Source: Lama glama (Eukaryota). Taken from it: 64,000 bases of DNA. Location: NCBI GenBank assembly GCA_028534125.1, contig CM052817.1, positions 50,904,001 to 50,968,000 of the forward strand, given 5' to 3'. The translations under genes were made by a program, and so were the position numbers. Every line of letters begins with the position of its first letter. Position 1 is the first letter of the stretch. The notes under the pieces are model-generated. The model searched no databases. It was not told where the DNA came from and saw only the letters and a list, made by a program, of their open reading frames with translations. This document shows, piece by piece, positions 1 through 13,299 of the stretch.

Positions 1-49
1 AAAGTTACTTAGGAATCAATGGAAAAAAAAGACTGGTTGTGGTTCTGTG

Positions 50-170
50 ATGAGGGAGGGATGGAGGAGAGGGAGAGAAAGAAGTGAGAAAGAGAGACAG
101 TGACAATGAGAGAGAGGAACAGAGACAGCAACACAGACACAGAGAGAAAAACAGAGACACAGAACTATGA
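50..170. repeat. GA/GACA-rich low-complexity purine tract
   Basis: Runs of gagg/gaga/gaca; this explains the S/L/C-rich spurious ORF 5..277. Confidence 0.8.
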
Positions 171-2379
171 GAAGGAAATATTCTTGACTTAATTTCCCAA
201 ATGGTAATGGGTGATGAAACTATCTGAGAGAAAGAGGTTAAACTATGGTGAACATTTTCATAAATAGAAAAATCCACACTTAGAATTATATTTTACTATT
301 TTATGCATTCACTACACTTAAAATCTCTCATATATTCTGTAGGATTAAAATAAAGCTATACTCACTGAAAAATGTATGTTCCTTTTTTCCTCATATTGTT
401 TATATAATATTTAAATCAATAATATGGTATAACTTCTTAATTTTAATATTGGGGTCCAGAGGATTCAATTGATTGATAAAACAAAAACTTACATTATAAA
501 TTCTAATAACTGAATTTTTGGCTGTTTAATACCAATAGAATAATTTTATAATCATATCTGAATTTTTGGAATGACCAGCTAGTTCAAAAAGTATATGTTT
601 CTTTAGGTATTCTCTGTATCTTCTAAAACATGGAGAAATAGAGAACACAGCTTGTGGCAAAAAGCTTTCTTGCTGCATTATTTTTCTTCAGATATCAGTG
701 AGAATGTGTGCCCCCCCACATACACTCTCACAGATAATAAGCCTATAAAACACCACCAAATCAAAATAAGCAAAATGAAGTGACATTTAGGCTGTGAAGT
801 CTTAATTTAGGTATCACAATGATTAGAGTGTTTTAATATCATAATAACTGATAAATAGACTACATGTCAGACAATTCATTCCTTTTTAATCAAAACTCCT
901 AGTCTGCTAAATTAATCACCCCCTTGGGGTAGAGTAGCAGATTTCCAATTTAGTCATAGAACATTAATAATGAAAAGTTCTGGGGATGCATTTCTTTATT
1001 TATGTTCTTTGTTTTTTTTTTTCAATTATTAAGGAGTTTAAAGAGATGGAGCAGGAAAGGGGCTGTTACCTTGACAGTTGCAGGCCATACAGATAAGAGC
1101 AGAGTGATTCAAATCATAGATGTTAAATATATATATACAGCATACAGAGAATACAGTTCTTGTTTCTCTGCCTCTCATGTGAAATGTTTCATCTGGCCCA
1201 CACTTGCCTGGGATTGTACAGTGGAAAGAAAGGGCCCACCAGTTTGAGAAATAGGGGGGTACTATCGACATGGAAGAGCCTAATCACCTGGATAGACAGC
1301 AGAGAAAATTTATGGTGTCCTTGATATTAATTTGATGTACTTTGGTATTACATTTTTCTGAAGTCCCTTCTCCTCTTTCACATAAATTGTATTAACTCAG
1401 TGTTACCAATCCTCTATTTTGTATGTGACTCAAATTGTATCGGAATTACATAAATTATTTTTATTACTGCTTTTTTTTTTTTGGTGGTGGTGGTTGTAAC
1501 CCACCATAATTCTAGACTATCTTTTCCCCCAAATACTGACTTCTTAAATTAATACAAAGTTTCATTAAACACTTTTACCTGCTTGGCTCAAATTACTCAA
1601 CAGATTGTAGTATCTCTTCCTCTTAGAATTCTATGCTTGATTTCTATTTTGAATCTATTATATCCAAAGTCAGGTGATTGAGAGCCTTTAGATCCATTGA
1701 TCCAGAACCAAGTATGTATATAACCCAATCTGGTTTCCTGTACTTTGTGTACTATGATAATTTTTATACAGTGTTTTTAGAAATGCAATGAAATACTGTA
1801 TACACACATTCTTCTAATCTAATGGTATAGCTCTGTTATACGTATTCATATTGAACCCATGCCAGCCTAAAAGGTCAGCTGTTTCTTTTCCTAAATGAAT
1901 TTAATCTCATCAATTAGCCTTGGCAAAAAAAAAAAATCCATTTATCAACATATCATCTATGGATTTATATTTTCTAAAACTTATCTTTGCACCTTGTTTG
2001 AGTAGTTTGTATATTTTCGTCTAAAGACAACTTCCATCTTCTGACCTGGCCTCCTGGTAGCTTTCTCTACATATGCATATAATTGTTTTAAGCCTGGAGA
2101 CAAAATCATTTATCAGAGTAAGAACTGTCTGTCTGCTTCTTCCAAAGAATAATGACAAATTATAGCCCTAATAAACTGGTTTTGTTATTGGATCACAGAC
2201 ATTAAGTCTAAAAGTAACTGAGAATTAGTAGAGTTCTGAAAACTTCGCATAGGCTTATTTAATAAACCAGCACAAAGATACTGTCAACCCATTCTTCAAT
2301 TTGACAATTCTGCAACATAAAAGAGAATCAAGGAGGGCATTTTGTGTGGACTCACCAGGTATAAGAAAGAAATGTAATA

Positions 2380-2590
2380 TGTTTGTAGTATGACAATTAA
2401 AGAGTGCAGACTGTGATGCTGTGGAAATTATATACTGGGCCTTGAGTTCAGCGTGTGTTTGTTGTGTGACCTTGAGAAATTCATCACTTCTCTAATCCTT
2501 GATTTCTCCCATCTGTAAGAAGACACTAGTAATGTCTATATTAGAAGTGGCTTAAGTATTAAATTAGATAAGCATTGCTTAAAAGCATAA
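2380..2590 (+). mobile_element. MIR SINE, degenerate
   Basis: Core-like text tgtgtgaccttgagaaattcatcacttctctaatccttgatttctcccatctgtaa, followed by attaaattagataa. Confidence 0.7.
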
Positions 2591-3109
2591 TCTAACATCT
2601 TTCTCCTCCCTCTCCTCAATCTAAGTTTGCATTGCTACAACAGTGTTGCAGTCAACAAATATCTGTGTTCTTGTATCTTTCTGCTGAGATGTCAGAAACT
2701 CCCTGTAACTGTGAATGGGTCGAATTCCTGTGGCAGGTAAATCACAACGTGGCTAAAGCAATTAATAAAAAACATCATTGTTGTTTAGTCTCTTGTATCA
2801 ATAGACTTGAACTTCAGGCACTTAAAAAATTAAAATCAAAATGATACATTCATTGAGTATACAAAAGACAAAACAAACTTATTAATAAAAAAAGATCTAT
2901 CAGTTTTCTCCTATCTCATCTCCCATATCTTTCCCTGGTACCAGCAAAGGGTATTCTTACGTTCTCTGCATTCTCCCACTCAGGATGTATGCGGCTTGAG
3001 GGTAGGAGCCCTCTCTGTTTGACTCTGTCTTTCTGTGATTTCACTGCTCTGGGCCTCTGCCACCTTTACTGTTAAAAGTAGACATCAGGTAGACTGTGTT
3101 CTGCTTCTG

Positions 3110-3430
3110 GCAGGAGAATATCTGGCTCATGATGGCTTAGTTATAGCACTTGAGAATCTGGAGGTGGTTATACAGTAGTTCAAAAAAGTCAGGGTGCTAA
3201 GTTGGCTTGTCTTTCCCTTCAGGGACCCAAGATGGCTGCAGCAGCTTTCATCCTCACAACTGGAGTCCTAAGCAGTAAAGAAGGATGTCAAGGGTTTAAA
3301 CAGTTTTCTTTTTCCATGTTTTCATCAGGGAGAAAAATCTTGCCAAGAAACTCCAAGCACGTTTGTCACAGGGACAGTTTGGACTTCAGGGTTATCTTTC
3401 CAAACGGAGGGTGTGCCAACCCCCACAGTC
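3110..3430. mobile_element. Ancient MaLR LTR fragment (MLT1K/L-like)
   Basis: caagatggctgcagcagct and tttcatcagggagaaaaatcttgccaagaa resemble old MLT1 consensus motifs (recalled). Confidence 0.55.
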
Positions 3431-3974
3431 TCACACCTGGATTAAATGTCAGCTCTTTCACTGTGATTCTCCGGCCTGTTCCCTTCTGTCAGAACAAGAG
3501 CTGTTACACTCTGGATCATTTCCACCATGGCTGTTTCAACAGAAACACTGGTTACATAATCATTGGTTTATTTAGTTGTAAGGCCCATTGAAGGCAGCAG
3601 AGGATTTCATAGTTATTAGCTCCACTGCTTTATCTTACATAAAATAACAAGGATTTATAATGGTTATGAATTTAGAAGTTTTCATAGCTAAGTAGTGCTG
3701 AAAAAATTTTAAGTTAAAAAATATATGTATATTCTATAACAAACTATAATAAATATCAAAACTAGAATATTTAGCATACTTTTTTCTTCTAAGGAACATA
3801 ACAATAATTTTGTCAACATTCACGACATTCTAATTCTTATTATCTACATCTCCCATTTCTTAAAAACCTAGATACCTGTGAATATGTAGTCATAAGTATT
3901 AGACTTTCCACAGTTAGAATCACCAGTAGAGTGAGTTTTCCCTAGCTCCCCTATGATAGACTGTTACGGATGTT

Positions 3975-4370
3975 TTTTGCTAATGTATTAGGAAGAGAAG
4001 AAAAATATGACAGCATTGCTTTTTGTATTCAGATAATATCATTATATACCCATAAAATCTACAAATATATATGTTAAATGATAAACTATTAGAACTAAGA
4101 AGATTCTGGTTGCATAGCTATACAGAAAATATATAAATATCCAAACAGGTTTTCGTAAAGACAAAATCCATTTACAAAGGCATCAACAACTAAAAACTAC
4201 TAGCAAATAATTTTGTAAGATACAAACAAAAGTCTCTTTCTGGAAAACTATAACCTTTACTGAGTGACAAAGAAATACATTTTTTTTAAAGGCAATAAGT
4301 AGACTGTTACTACACTGGAAGATTAAGTATTACAAATATGTTATTTCTTCTTAAAAGAATAACAAATGAA
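3975..4370 (+). mobile_element. Very old L1 ORF2 fragment (L1ME-like)
   Basis: Decayed RT-region text: ttcagataatatcattatatacc, aaactattagaactaa, aaaatccatttacaaaggcatca, gaaaactataacctttactga. Confidence 0.5.
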
Positions 4371-4384
4371 TAAAGTTTTCATAA

Positions 4385-5600
4385 CTTTTTATTTAATTTT
4401 AAACTTCAAAGAAGTTGTAAGAATACTACAGAGAACTTTTATAAGCTCCTTTTAACAGATTCAACCATTTAAAATAATTTACCACAGTTGATTTATTCTG
4501 TTAATTTTAATGAACCATTAACCATTTGAGAGTAAATTACAGACATCATGCCTTTTATCTTAAATACTTCAGTGTGTATTTCCTAAGGATAGCAACATTC
4601 TTTGCTATAACCATAAGATAACAAAATCTTAAAATCAGAAAATACAGCATTGCATTTCCTTTAATCCACAACACTTCCTTTGTCCTTTTTTTTTTTTTTT
4701 TTTTTGGTCTTTCATGGTTTTGATTTTCAGAGTATAGGGCAGTTACTTTGTAGAATTTCTGTTGATATTTCCTCAGATTCAGTTTGTCCATTTCACTCAC
4801 AGATTCTATGCAAGTGATGCTGTGAACTTATTACCAATGCATAATAGAAGGAGATATGTAATGTAAATTTGTCCTGTTATTGGTGATATTGTTGATCACT
4901 GGTTTAAGATGGTGCCTTCAGTTTTCTCCATGGTAAAGTTACTACTTTCCCCTTCACAATCAGTGAGTAATTGATGGGGAAATATTTTGAGCCTATGTAA
5001 ACATCCTGTTCCTCATCAAACTTTCACTTAACTATTTTTATTACCCATTCATGATTCCTGATTGAGTCAATTATAACTCTGATGGTTGCCAAATGGTAAT
5101 TAATTAATTGCATCCCATTTTTATTTATTGAAAGTCTACAGTAAAGGAACACCTTTTCCTTTTCCTACATCAATAAACTAATTTTATATTTATATTATTG
5201 TGTACTAATAGATTCATGTTTTCTTCTGTGGGTTATAATGCAGTACTATGATTATTTATTCTGATGTTTAAATCAGTTTGGTCACTAGGAGCCTCTTCAG
5301 CATGTTCCCATAAGTCTTTCAGCATTGCCTTTTTATTGTCCAGCCCTAGAATCATTTCTCTTCAGAGTCTTTGTTCCTTTTAATTCAGAGTGACATTTAA
5401 TATGGACACCAGGCACAAGGGGTGTTCATTGCAACTGAGATACAATTGTTTTTTATGTCCTCTTAGAGGAGAAAAAGAAACCAAAAACTAGGAAATAGAT
5501 GTCCGTGTTTGTATGTATCTATTTCTATATCTATTTTTGAGTCTATATTGATACCTCCAACTCTAATCCAGTACACTAAGGTTTATTTTAGACCTTCTCC
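4385..5600 (-). mobile_element. Old L1 3' end (L1MC4/5-like)
   Basis: aattttaaacttcaaagaagttgtaagaatactacagagaact, ccatttgagagtaaattacagacatcatg and taaatacttcagtgtgtatttcctaag resemble the L1MC 3' UTR in antisense. Confidence 0.65.
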
Positions 5601-5929
5601 TTTTTATTTCTAATACTTTTCTCCAAAAAGGAGGGTTGGCCCTTACTATATTTTCTTCAATACATGTATTTATTGTATTATTCCTAGGATTCACAGAATG
5701 TGGTCTCAGGATCCCTAATTCAAAGCATTGTAGAGAATAGGATGCTAAACCTAGTAGTAACTTGAGTTTCACAATTGTAAGCTCTTTTGTCATCAGAATG
5801 AGAGTATGTTATAAAAATCCCATGTTTAAGGGTTATCCGGATTAGCCCTTTTTTTCTCCTCCTCTCGCCGTGCACCCACTCCTCCTCTTACTCCTCCTAT
5901 TTCAGTGTGGTTGTTACACATTTGAAGGA

Positions 5930-6670
5930 GCTTTATGCTTATGTCTTCCATTTTTGGTTTTCTAATCTCAACTTCTGTTACCATCCTAGTGCAAGGTATC
6001 CTTTCCATCTCCCCTGGATTAATGCAGTGATTCTTGACTGATCTCCATCCTTCCATAAAGCAGCCAAAATGCTTTCAATAGTGCTTTCACATACCCCTGA
6101 CTGTGTCATTCGTTGGCTCTCAACCCACCCCACCCCTTACCAATGGTGTCCTACTTCACTCAGAATAAATAAAGCAAAGAGTTTACAATAGCCTACAAGT
6201 CTTTATGTGAGATGCTTTCTCTTTCAATGTCTCTCTAATTTTATTTGACTACTCTCATTTGATCTGTTGCTTTTTCTCAAATATTCTAGGCATCCTCCTG
6301 CCTGTTCTTGTTTTCCCTGTGCTTGAAATGCCCCTTTCCCTAATTCTGGAATGGCTTGGTTCGTTGATTCCTTAACTTCTGAAAGAACTGTTCTCAAGGA
6401 CTTCTTAGTGTGACTTTCCTTGACCAATTTACATATAATAAAAAGCTTCACTATACTATTTTGATTCCCCTCTCTACTTTATTCTTCTCTACAGAAGTTA
6501 CTGCAAATGTGTTATATACTCTCCTCATTTATTCCCCTTATTTTCTGAATTAAAATGTAAATTCCAGTAAAGCAAAGTGCTGGTCTTTTGCTTTCTTTGT
6601 ATCCCCAGTGTTGAGTACTGTGAATGATGCAATGTATTTTAATAGATACTTGTTGAATGAGTGAATGAAT
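5930..6670 (+). mobile_element. L2 LINE 3' end
   Basis: Pyrimidine-rich L2 body ending in the typical tail aatagatacttgttgaatgagtgaatgaat. Confidence 0.75.
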
Positions 6671-7594
6671 CTTCTTTTCATAGACTCTTCTAGAACTTTC
6701 AAAGGGAGATAAGGTAAAAATTACTTAAAATACTTAATGGAATCATATTTTTCCTTGATAGGTTGTTTTCTCTGTGTGTGCGCATGCACACTGGGTTAAG
6801 GACACTGGAGCTTATGTGTGTAAGTGGTAGTATCTATATGATTAAAAAAAATGTTGCTTACAACAGGAGGCTATATAATTCATTTTCCCAACTCCTCCAA
6901 CAAATCTTATTTCTCACTTTCTCTGATAAACTGCAAGCTTTGGCTCTGCCATGGACTTTCCATTCTCTGGAGTTGCAAGATATTTTGGAGAAAATAGCAA
7001 GCAAGCAGTGATTGCAAAGGAGGGTTGTATTCTCTTTGCAAGGAGTGGGCAGGGATTTTTCATTTCATACATCATTACAGCTTTCTCCAATGATTGGGCA
7101 CCAATTTCATCTCACTCCATCATAACAAGCTACCTGCTCGCAAATTCAGCATCCAGGCCAAGCTGAAACAATCACGACACACTATCTGTAAAACCTTGTA
7201 ATTTCGATTGTTCACGCTAAAATGTTATGTTATGCATCTCAGTGCAATCTCATCATACTAGCACGTTGCAATAGGCTAATGAACTGTAACAAAACTCAGT
7301 TTCAAAAATGTCAAACATAATGAGAAAAGGAAAAAAATAACAGAAATACACAGGTCCTCAATTGGATTTAACTATTCTTTGTGTTTAGACTTATATGTTT
7401 CACCCACTTTATTACTTGTTTATTTTAAATGGCCTTAGTATTTTAGCATTATTTGGCTAGCCTATCTGAATCAACACATTGAACCAGCATCAAAAGGTAC
7501 TGACTCAACTGAATATTCATTCTTGTTTGCCACTCTCAATGTTCCCTTTATTATAGATCTGTATATTTAGGAGAAATCCAAGATAGCTTGTCTT

Positions 7595-8370
7595 CATTTA
7601 TTTATTTTTTTGGTTTGTATTTCTGATTTTATTTTTGAGCACCTATTGTGTACAAGGTTCCAGGGACATCATGGTGAACACAGCAGAAATGATGTCCATT
7701 CTCACAGAGCTTACAACCTACTGGAGGAGACAAATTAAAAAAAAACCCTCAAATATATATTTACAGGCTGAGTTAAAGACTATGAAAGAAAAGTTTAGAG
7801 ATCTGTTTAATATTATAAACCTAAGTTCTAGGGGTTTGAAGAAAAGGCGTCCCTAAGAAAGTAATTCTTCCAGCAGCAAAGAATGGATGAAGGGAGGAGT
7901 AGACTTGAGCGTATATTCTAGAAGTAGGCTTGTTATGTGTAAAATTCTAGGGAAAAGCAAAAAAATTTGTTCCATCAACTGGAAGAGAGCAGTATGACCC
8001 TGATACCAGGGAAGATTGGCAAATGGCAAAACATGAGGCTAAAGATGTTGGCCCAACCATATTCTGTTGGATTTGGGACTCCATTTTAAATTTTTGAGGA
8101 GTCTGTTGAGAAATTTTTAAAATAAGAGTTTATCAGACACTCACTTCAGCACATTCCTTCTAGCTAAAGTGAAGAGGATGGGTTTGAAAAGGCTACAGGT
8201 GGAGCCTGAGAAGAGTAGGAGATGGAGCAGTAGAGATAAGGGAGTCTTGATGCTGGAAGAATTAGAGTGATATATGTAGATTAAAGAGATAATTTAGGAG
8301 AAAAAGTAAATGAGATGTAATCATTGATTGGGTATAGAAAGGGAACAGAATGGATGTATCAAAGATGACA
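7595..8370 (-). mobile_element. L2 LINE fragment
   Basis: Begins tcatttattt...ttgagcacctattgtgtacaagg and continues with a purine-rich antisense L2 body. Confidence 0.65.
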
Positions 8371-8387
8371 GCTTGATTAATTAAGTA

Positions 8388-8800
8388 TCTATTCAATAAA
8401 GATTTGTTGAATGCCTATTAAATCTAAATGGCTACATTCAATTCAAGGGCTAGAGCAATAGCAGTGAAAACAAAAAAAAACAAATTCCTGCCTTCATAGA
8501 ATTTATATCCTAGTTGGAGGAGACAATCAACTAAGTAAACTAGTAAGTAAAATATATAGTTGTTCATATGGTGAAGAAATGCAGAAAAATAAAGTCAAGA
8601 AAAGGTATGGGGAGGGTGGAGTTAAAGGTTAAAGGAGTGCAAAATAATTTCAAATATGAGAAACCCACTCTGAGAAGGTGACATTTGAACAAAGAGTGGA
8701 AGGAAGACAGAAATCCAAAGAGAATACCAAGAGAATGACATTTTTGGAAATATCCAAAGGGGATAAAGAAGGCAGGCTTGAGGATAGTTGGCATAAGAGT
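8388..8800 (-). mobile_element. L2 LINE 3' fragment
   Basis: attcaataaagatttgttgaatgcctat...gcagtgaaaacaaaa...cctgccttcatagaattta...gagaaggtgacatttgaacaaaga. Confidence 0.7.
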
Positions 8801-8828
8801 ATTTATGTCAGATTCCTTTGGTAGAATT

Positions 8829-9361
8829 TTTTAAAACTGAAGTATAGTCAGTTTACAATGTTGTATCAATTTCTGTTGTACAGCATAATGTTTCAGTCAT
8901 ACATATACATAAACATATTCCTTTCCATATTCTTTTTCATTATAGGTTACTACAAGATATTACTATAGTTCCTTGTGCTATACAGTAGGACCTTGTTGTT
9001 TATCTATTTCATATATAGTAGTTAATATCTGCAAATCTTGAACTTCCAGTTTATCACCCCTCCCTTCCCCCTGGTAACCATAAGCTTGTCTTCTATGTCT
9101 GTGAATCTGTGTCTTGTAAATAAGTTCATTTGTGTCTTTTTTTGTTAGATTCCAGATATGAGTGATATCATATGGTGTTTTTCTTTCTTTTTCTGGCTTA
9201 CTTCACTTAGAATGACCATCTCCAGGTCCATCCATGTTCACAGCAGCACTATTTACAGTAGCCAAGACATGGAAACAACCTAAGTGTCCACTGACAGATG
9301 TCTGGATAAAGAAGCTATGGTATGTTTATATAATGGAATACTTCTCAGCCATAAAAAAATG
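8829..9361 (-). mobile_element. 5'-truncated, 5'-inverted L1 (3' UTR plus ORF2 end)
   Basis: Antisense 3' UTR and ORF2 end at 8829-9238, then a sense ORF2 piece at 9234-9361. TSD cctttg(g/a)tagaatt at 8815-8828 and 9362-9375. Confidence 0.92.
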
Positions 9362-9379
9362 CCTTTGATAGAATTATTA

Positions 9380-9636
9380 AAGATCTTTTTAAAGTCTTTC
9401 TCAAATAACATCCACAATTTTTCAGTCTTCCCACATATCAGCTTTAACCTGTGCTCCCTACTCCCCTTCTTTTCTTCCTGTTTCCTCAAACATTTATCAT
9501 CTTCTGATCAACTACACAATCTGTTACCCTCAATTAGAAGATAAGTTCCATAGCAGTATTTTTGTCTGTTTTTCCTAGAACATTGTCCGGAATCAAGCAT
9601 ATATTCTTTCCATATTTGTCATGAATAAATGAATGT
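9380..9636 (+). mobile_element. L2 3' end fragment
   Basis: ttagaagataagttccatagcag...ttcctagaacattgtccgg...catatttgtcatgaataaatgaatg. Confidence 0.6.
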
Positions 9637-11199
9637 CTGTCTTCAGAAGTATCTCTTTTATATGCATATTCTAGATATGTTCAATTTTCTTATTACATTT
9701 CAGCATCAAAGAGCTCAGAATGCTAAATCAATTTTCTATCCCTAGTTTCTTCCTTTTCACAACTAAAGATTGCAGAAATCTTATTCCTGGATTGGCTACT
9801 GAATAATCTTTTGTTTTAGTCAATGAATATATGCATAGATTGTATATCTATACACTTCTGTACCTTTTCTATTAATTTTAGCTATACAAGTTTTAGGTAA
9901 ATTTTATATCTCATATGCTATACAGAAACTATGAGTAGATAACATTATAATAACTATTTCACTTCACCTCTCAATATAGTAAAAAGCAAACAAGAAAGCT
10001 GATGTTGCTTTTGAACTGAAATGTGCTAGGTGAATAAATTAACTAAAAAATGCCAAAGGATTGAAATATGTTGAAAGATACTTAGTCCACCTTGCTAAAG
10101 GGCAAGATAATGAATGACTGTGCCTTTTACCTCTATATTTTTATAGCACTTCCTGTAAAACAAATAATGAATGCATTACTGATGCAGCTACTGCCAAAAT
10201 GGTCTTAGAGTGGTACCATTCTGCCAATTTTTCTTCCTAACTAATGAAATCTTATTTTCTACAAGAACTCACTTGTAAAATATATCAGGTTTTTTAAGAT
10301 ATTTCTTACTGAATTAAGTTTCTCTTTTGAGCTGAAATATATGCCCTGGATATACTGTATTTAGACATAAAAATATCGTAAGACTAAGATTAACAATACA
10401 ATAAAAAATATGTATCATATATCAGAATAGTGCAACAGTAGTACCTAGCTACCTTTCTCTAAATTTGATTTTATTATAGAGCCCATTTGCCCCAAACTGT
10501 CTCATCATGCTTTATCACAAGTGAAATTAACATAAATTAATACTAAAATACACGTCTATGGTGTTCTTAGGTGGCCTATGACATTAGTAAGCTTCGTTAA
10601 GACAGAATGTTTATAACAAACCAAGGTATCTTGTGAAGATCAGGAAATGTATTGTGCGTTACAAATAAAAATGTGTTGATGTTATATGATGAGGGCAGAT
10701 TTTTGCTCTTAACATGGAAACTTTCTTGTATCCATGGCTGCCCTTGCATACCTACCATCTACCTTGTTGACTAAGTCAATTATTTTAATATTTCTCAGAA
10801 ACATACAATTTTTTCAAAAACTTTAAAAATTCCAGAACCTGCCAGTTTCTCTGAAAGGTACACTTTAATTAGCTTCAAGCATAAACAATGAAAAATTCAA
10901 TATGCTAAGTATATGATTTAGAAAAAGATTTATTAAATAACACCACACAGATATAAAGCCAAACTTTAACACTTATTGTAGATATTTAATATATTTTAAT
11001 TAGTACCATTTTAGTTCAAAGAAATTACAATAGATATTATGATTCTTGACATTTAAAGTGTCTGGTCCACTCTTCTGGTCACACTTCATGAAGGACTTTA
11101 TACAAATGTATCAGTATAGTTTTTATTATAGGAAATGAATGAACTGGGTCAATATTACAAAAAGAGAGAAAATTAAAAACTAGCCATTACTGTAAATTT

Positions 11200-11928
11200 T
11201 TTTATTCAAGTATAGCTGACTTAGAATATTATAATACAATATTATATTAGTTTCAGGTGTACAATATACTGATTCAGTATTTTTATAGAGTATATTTTAT
11301 ATAAAGCCATTATAAATTATTGACTATATATCCTGTGCTGTAGATTACATCCTTGTGACTTATTTATTTTGTACATTGTAGTCTGTACCTCTTTATTCCC
11401 CTCACCTATTTTGCCCCCCCTCTGGTAACTACTAGCTTGTCCTCTGTACCTCTGTGTCTGTTTCTTTTTTGTTATATTCATTCATTTGCTTTATTCTTTA
11501 GATTCCACATACAAGTGAAAACACAGTATTTTCTCTTTTTCTGACTTATTTCACTACACCTTATTCCCTTTAGGTCCACCCATGTTGTCACAAATGGCAA
11601 ATTTTCATTCTTTTTTATGGCTGAGTAACATTCCATTGTGGTCTGTGTATATACACACAAACACACACACACATATACACATATTACATTTTCTTTATCC
11701 ATTTATTTGTTGATGGACACATAGATAGCTTCCATATCTTGGAAATCGTAAATAATCTGCCATGAACACTGGGGTGTTTGTATCTTTTCAAATTAGTGAT
11801 TTCATTTTCTTCGGATAAATACCCAGGAGTGGAAGTGCAGGATCATATGGTAGTTCTTGAGGATCCTCCATACTATTTTCCATAATGACTGTAGTAATTT
11901 ACATTCCCACCAACCGTGTATCAGTGTT
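11200..11928 (-). mobile_element. 5'-truncated L1 3' end, intermediate age
   Basis: ORF 11478..11702 gives the ORF2 C-terminus (MECYSAIKKNENLPFVTTWVDLKGI). TSD ttactgt(a/g)aattttttt at 11187-11203 and 11929-11945. Confidence 0.92.
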
Positions 11929-12067
11929 TTACTGTGAATTTTTTTGATTTGCATATTCCTGCCCTTTAACTCTGTGATTTTTTTCCCAATAATTGTTCAT
12001 TTTCTACCCACTTCACTTTTCTTTTTTCTGATATTAAACATATCTTTAGATATTTATGCTGGTTAAA

Positions 12068-12198
12068 TTTGGTCTCTTATTTTGACATTTTATTCAATCA
12101 CCTACAAATTTTCCTATTTTATCTACAAATATTCCTATATCCTATTTTGGTCTCTTATTTTGACATTTTATTCAGTCATCTACAAATTATCCTATTTT
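12068..12198. repeat. Imperfect tandem duplication, 53-bp unit, period 78
   Basis: tttggtctcttattttgacattttattca... occurs at 12068 and 12146 with 3 mismatches. Confidence 0.9.
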
Positions 12199-13238
12199 TG
12201 TTCAAAATCTTTATTTTTTCATACATTTATAATTTTAGAAGTGTTTTCTAGTTCTCTCAATTCAGTTTTCCTATAAAATCCTAAGCTGATTTATTGAACA
12301 GTATTTCTTATACTCTCCAAAGTTGTTAGTAGCTTATTTTGAAAAGCCCTTATGTTCCTTGAATTATCTCTTTCCTCTAGTGTAATTTGTCTATTTTTAG
12401 CGTGATGCTTCCCTCTTGTGCAGTTTTTTCCCTAAGTATAAGTTGATCACTGGGTTTTTATTTTTTATTAATATTTGAACAGTTTAGTTTCTCTAAGGAT
12501 TTCTTTTTCTGTGTGTTTTCTTGAACTAATTATGAGCTTTAAATATATAAGCATGTCTACTGACACTTTTCATTTTAGAATTAGTGGTCAAAATGTTGGC
12601 AGACAAACCAAACTACTTATTATATATGAGAGAAATTGGAGGGTTTCTAATTTGGTGTGCTAACCCTGACATCCAAATGTTAGTAACTCACTGGCACATT
12701 ACACATATTTCATATGGAGCCAATAGATTCATTCTAGATATGATAGTAAATGTCTCCACTGACAACTGTTCTCTATATGAGGAGTATGCGTATGACTGAG
12801 TATCCACTGATGTTCTTTAAATTAAAAACCTAGAGCATTTCCTTATATTCCACTCTTCCTTTTTATAGACTGGGCCTGAGTTTGGAATCCCTACCAGATA
12901 CTTATTTGGTAGAAAACACCACATTTTATTACAGCCTTGGCTTGTATCAGTTTTGCCTGTTGTTCTCTACTTCATCAATTATTGCACTCCATATGCTCTC
13001 TGTATCCCAACATTTCATCAAAAATTCTAATGGGCACACTCTTGCTTTATTAGGGTTTTACTCTATGTAGCATGTATTTGTTTTTCACTCATATGGGATT
13101 GGGAAGGCAATGGAGATAGATCAGTATGTGTACTCAATCCACAGTCTTATACTTTCCACTTCTTAAACTTTTTACTCTTTATTTCTGTCTTTTCGCAGTG
13201 TAAGTGCGTGCTTGGCTTCCCATAGCTGGCTCATTCCC

Positions 13239-13273
13239 ATTTTATGAGATTAGTAAAACTAATCTCATAAAAT
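13239..13273. repeat. Perfect 16-bp inverted repeat with 3-nt loop
   Basis: attttatgagattagt-aaa-actaatctcataaaat. Confidence 0.95.
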
Positions 13274-13299
13274 AATTAAATCCTATTTCTTCCTTATGG

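Noticed and set aside
3202..3591. 129-aa ORF as a gene
   Set aside because: It has a non-ATG start, overlaps an MLT1-like LTR and shows no recognisable domain.
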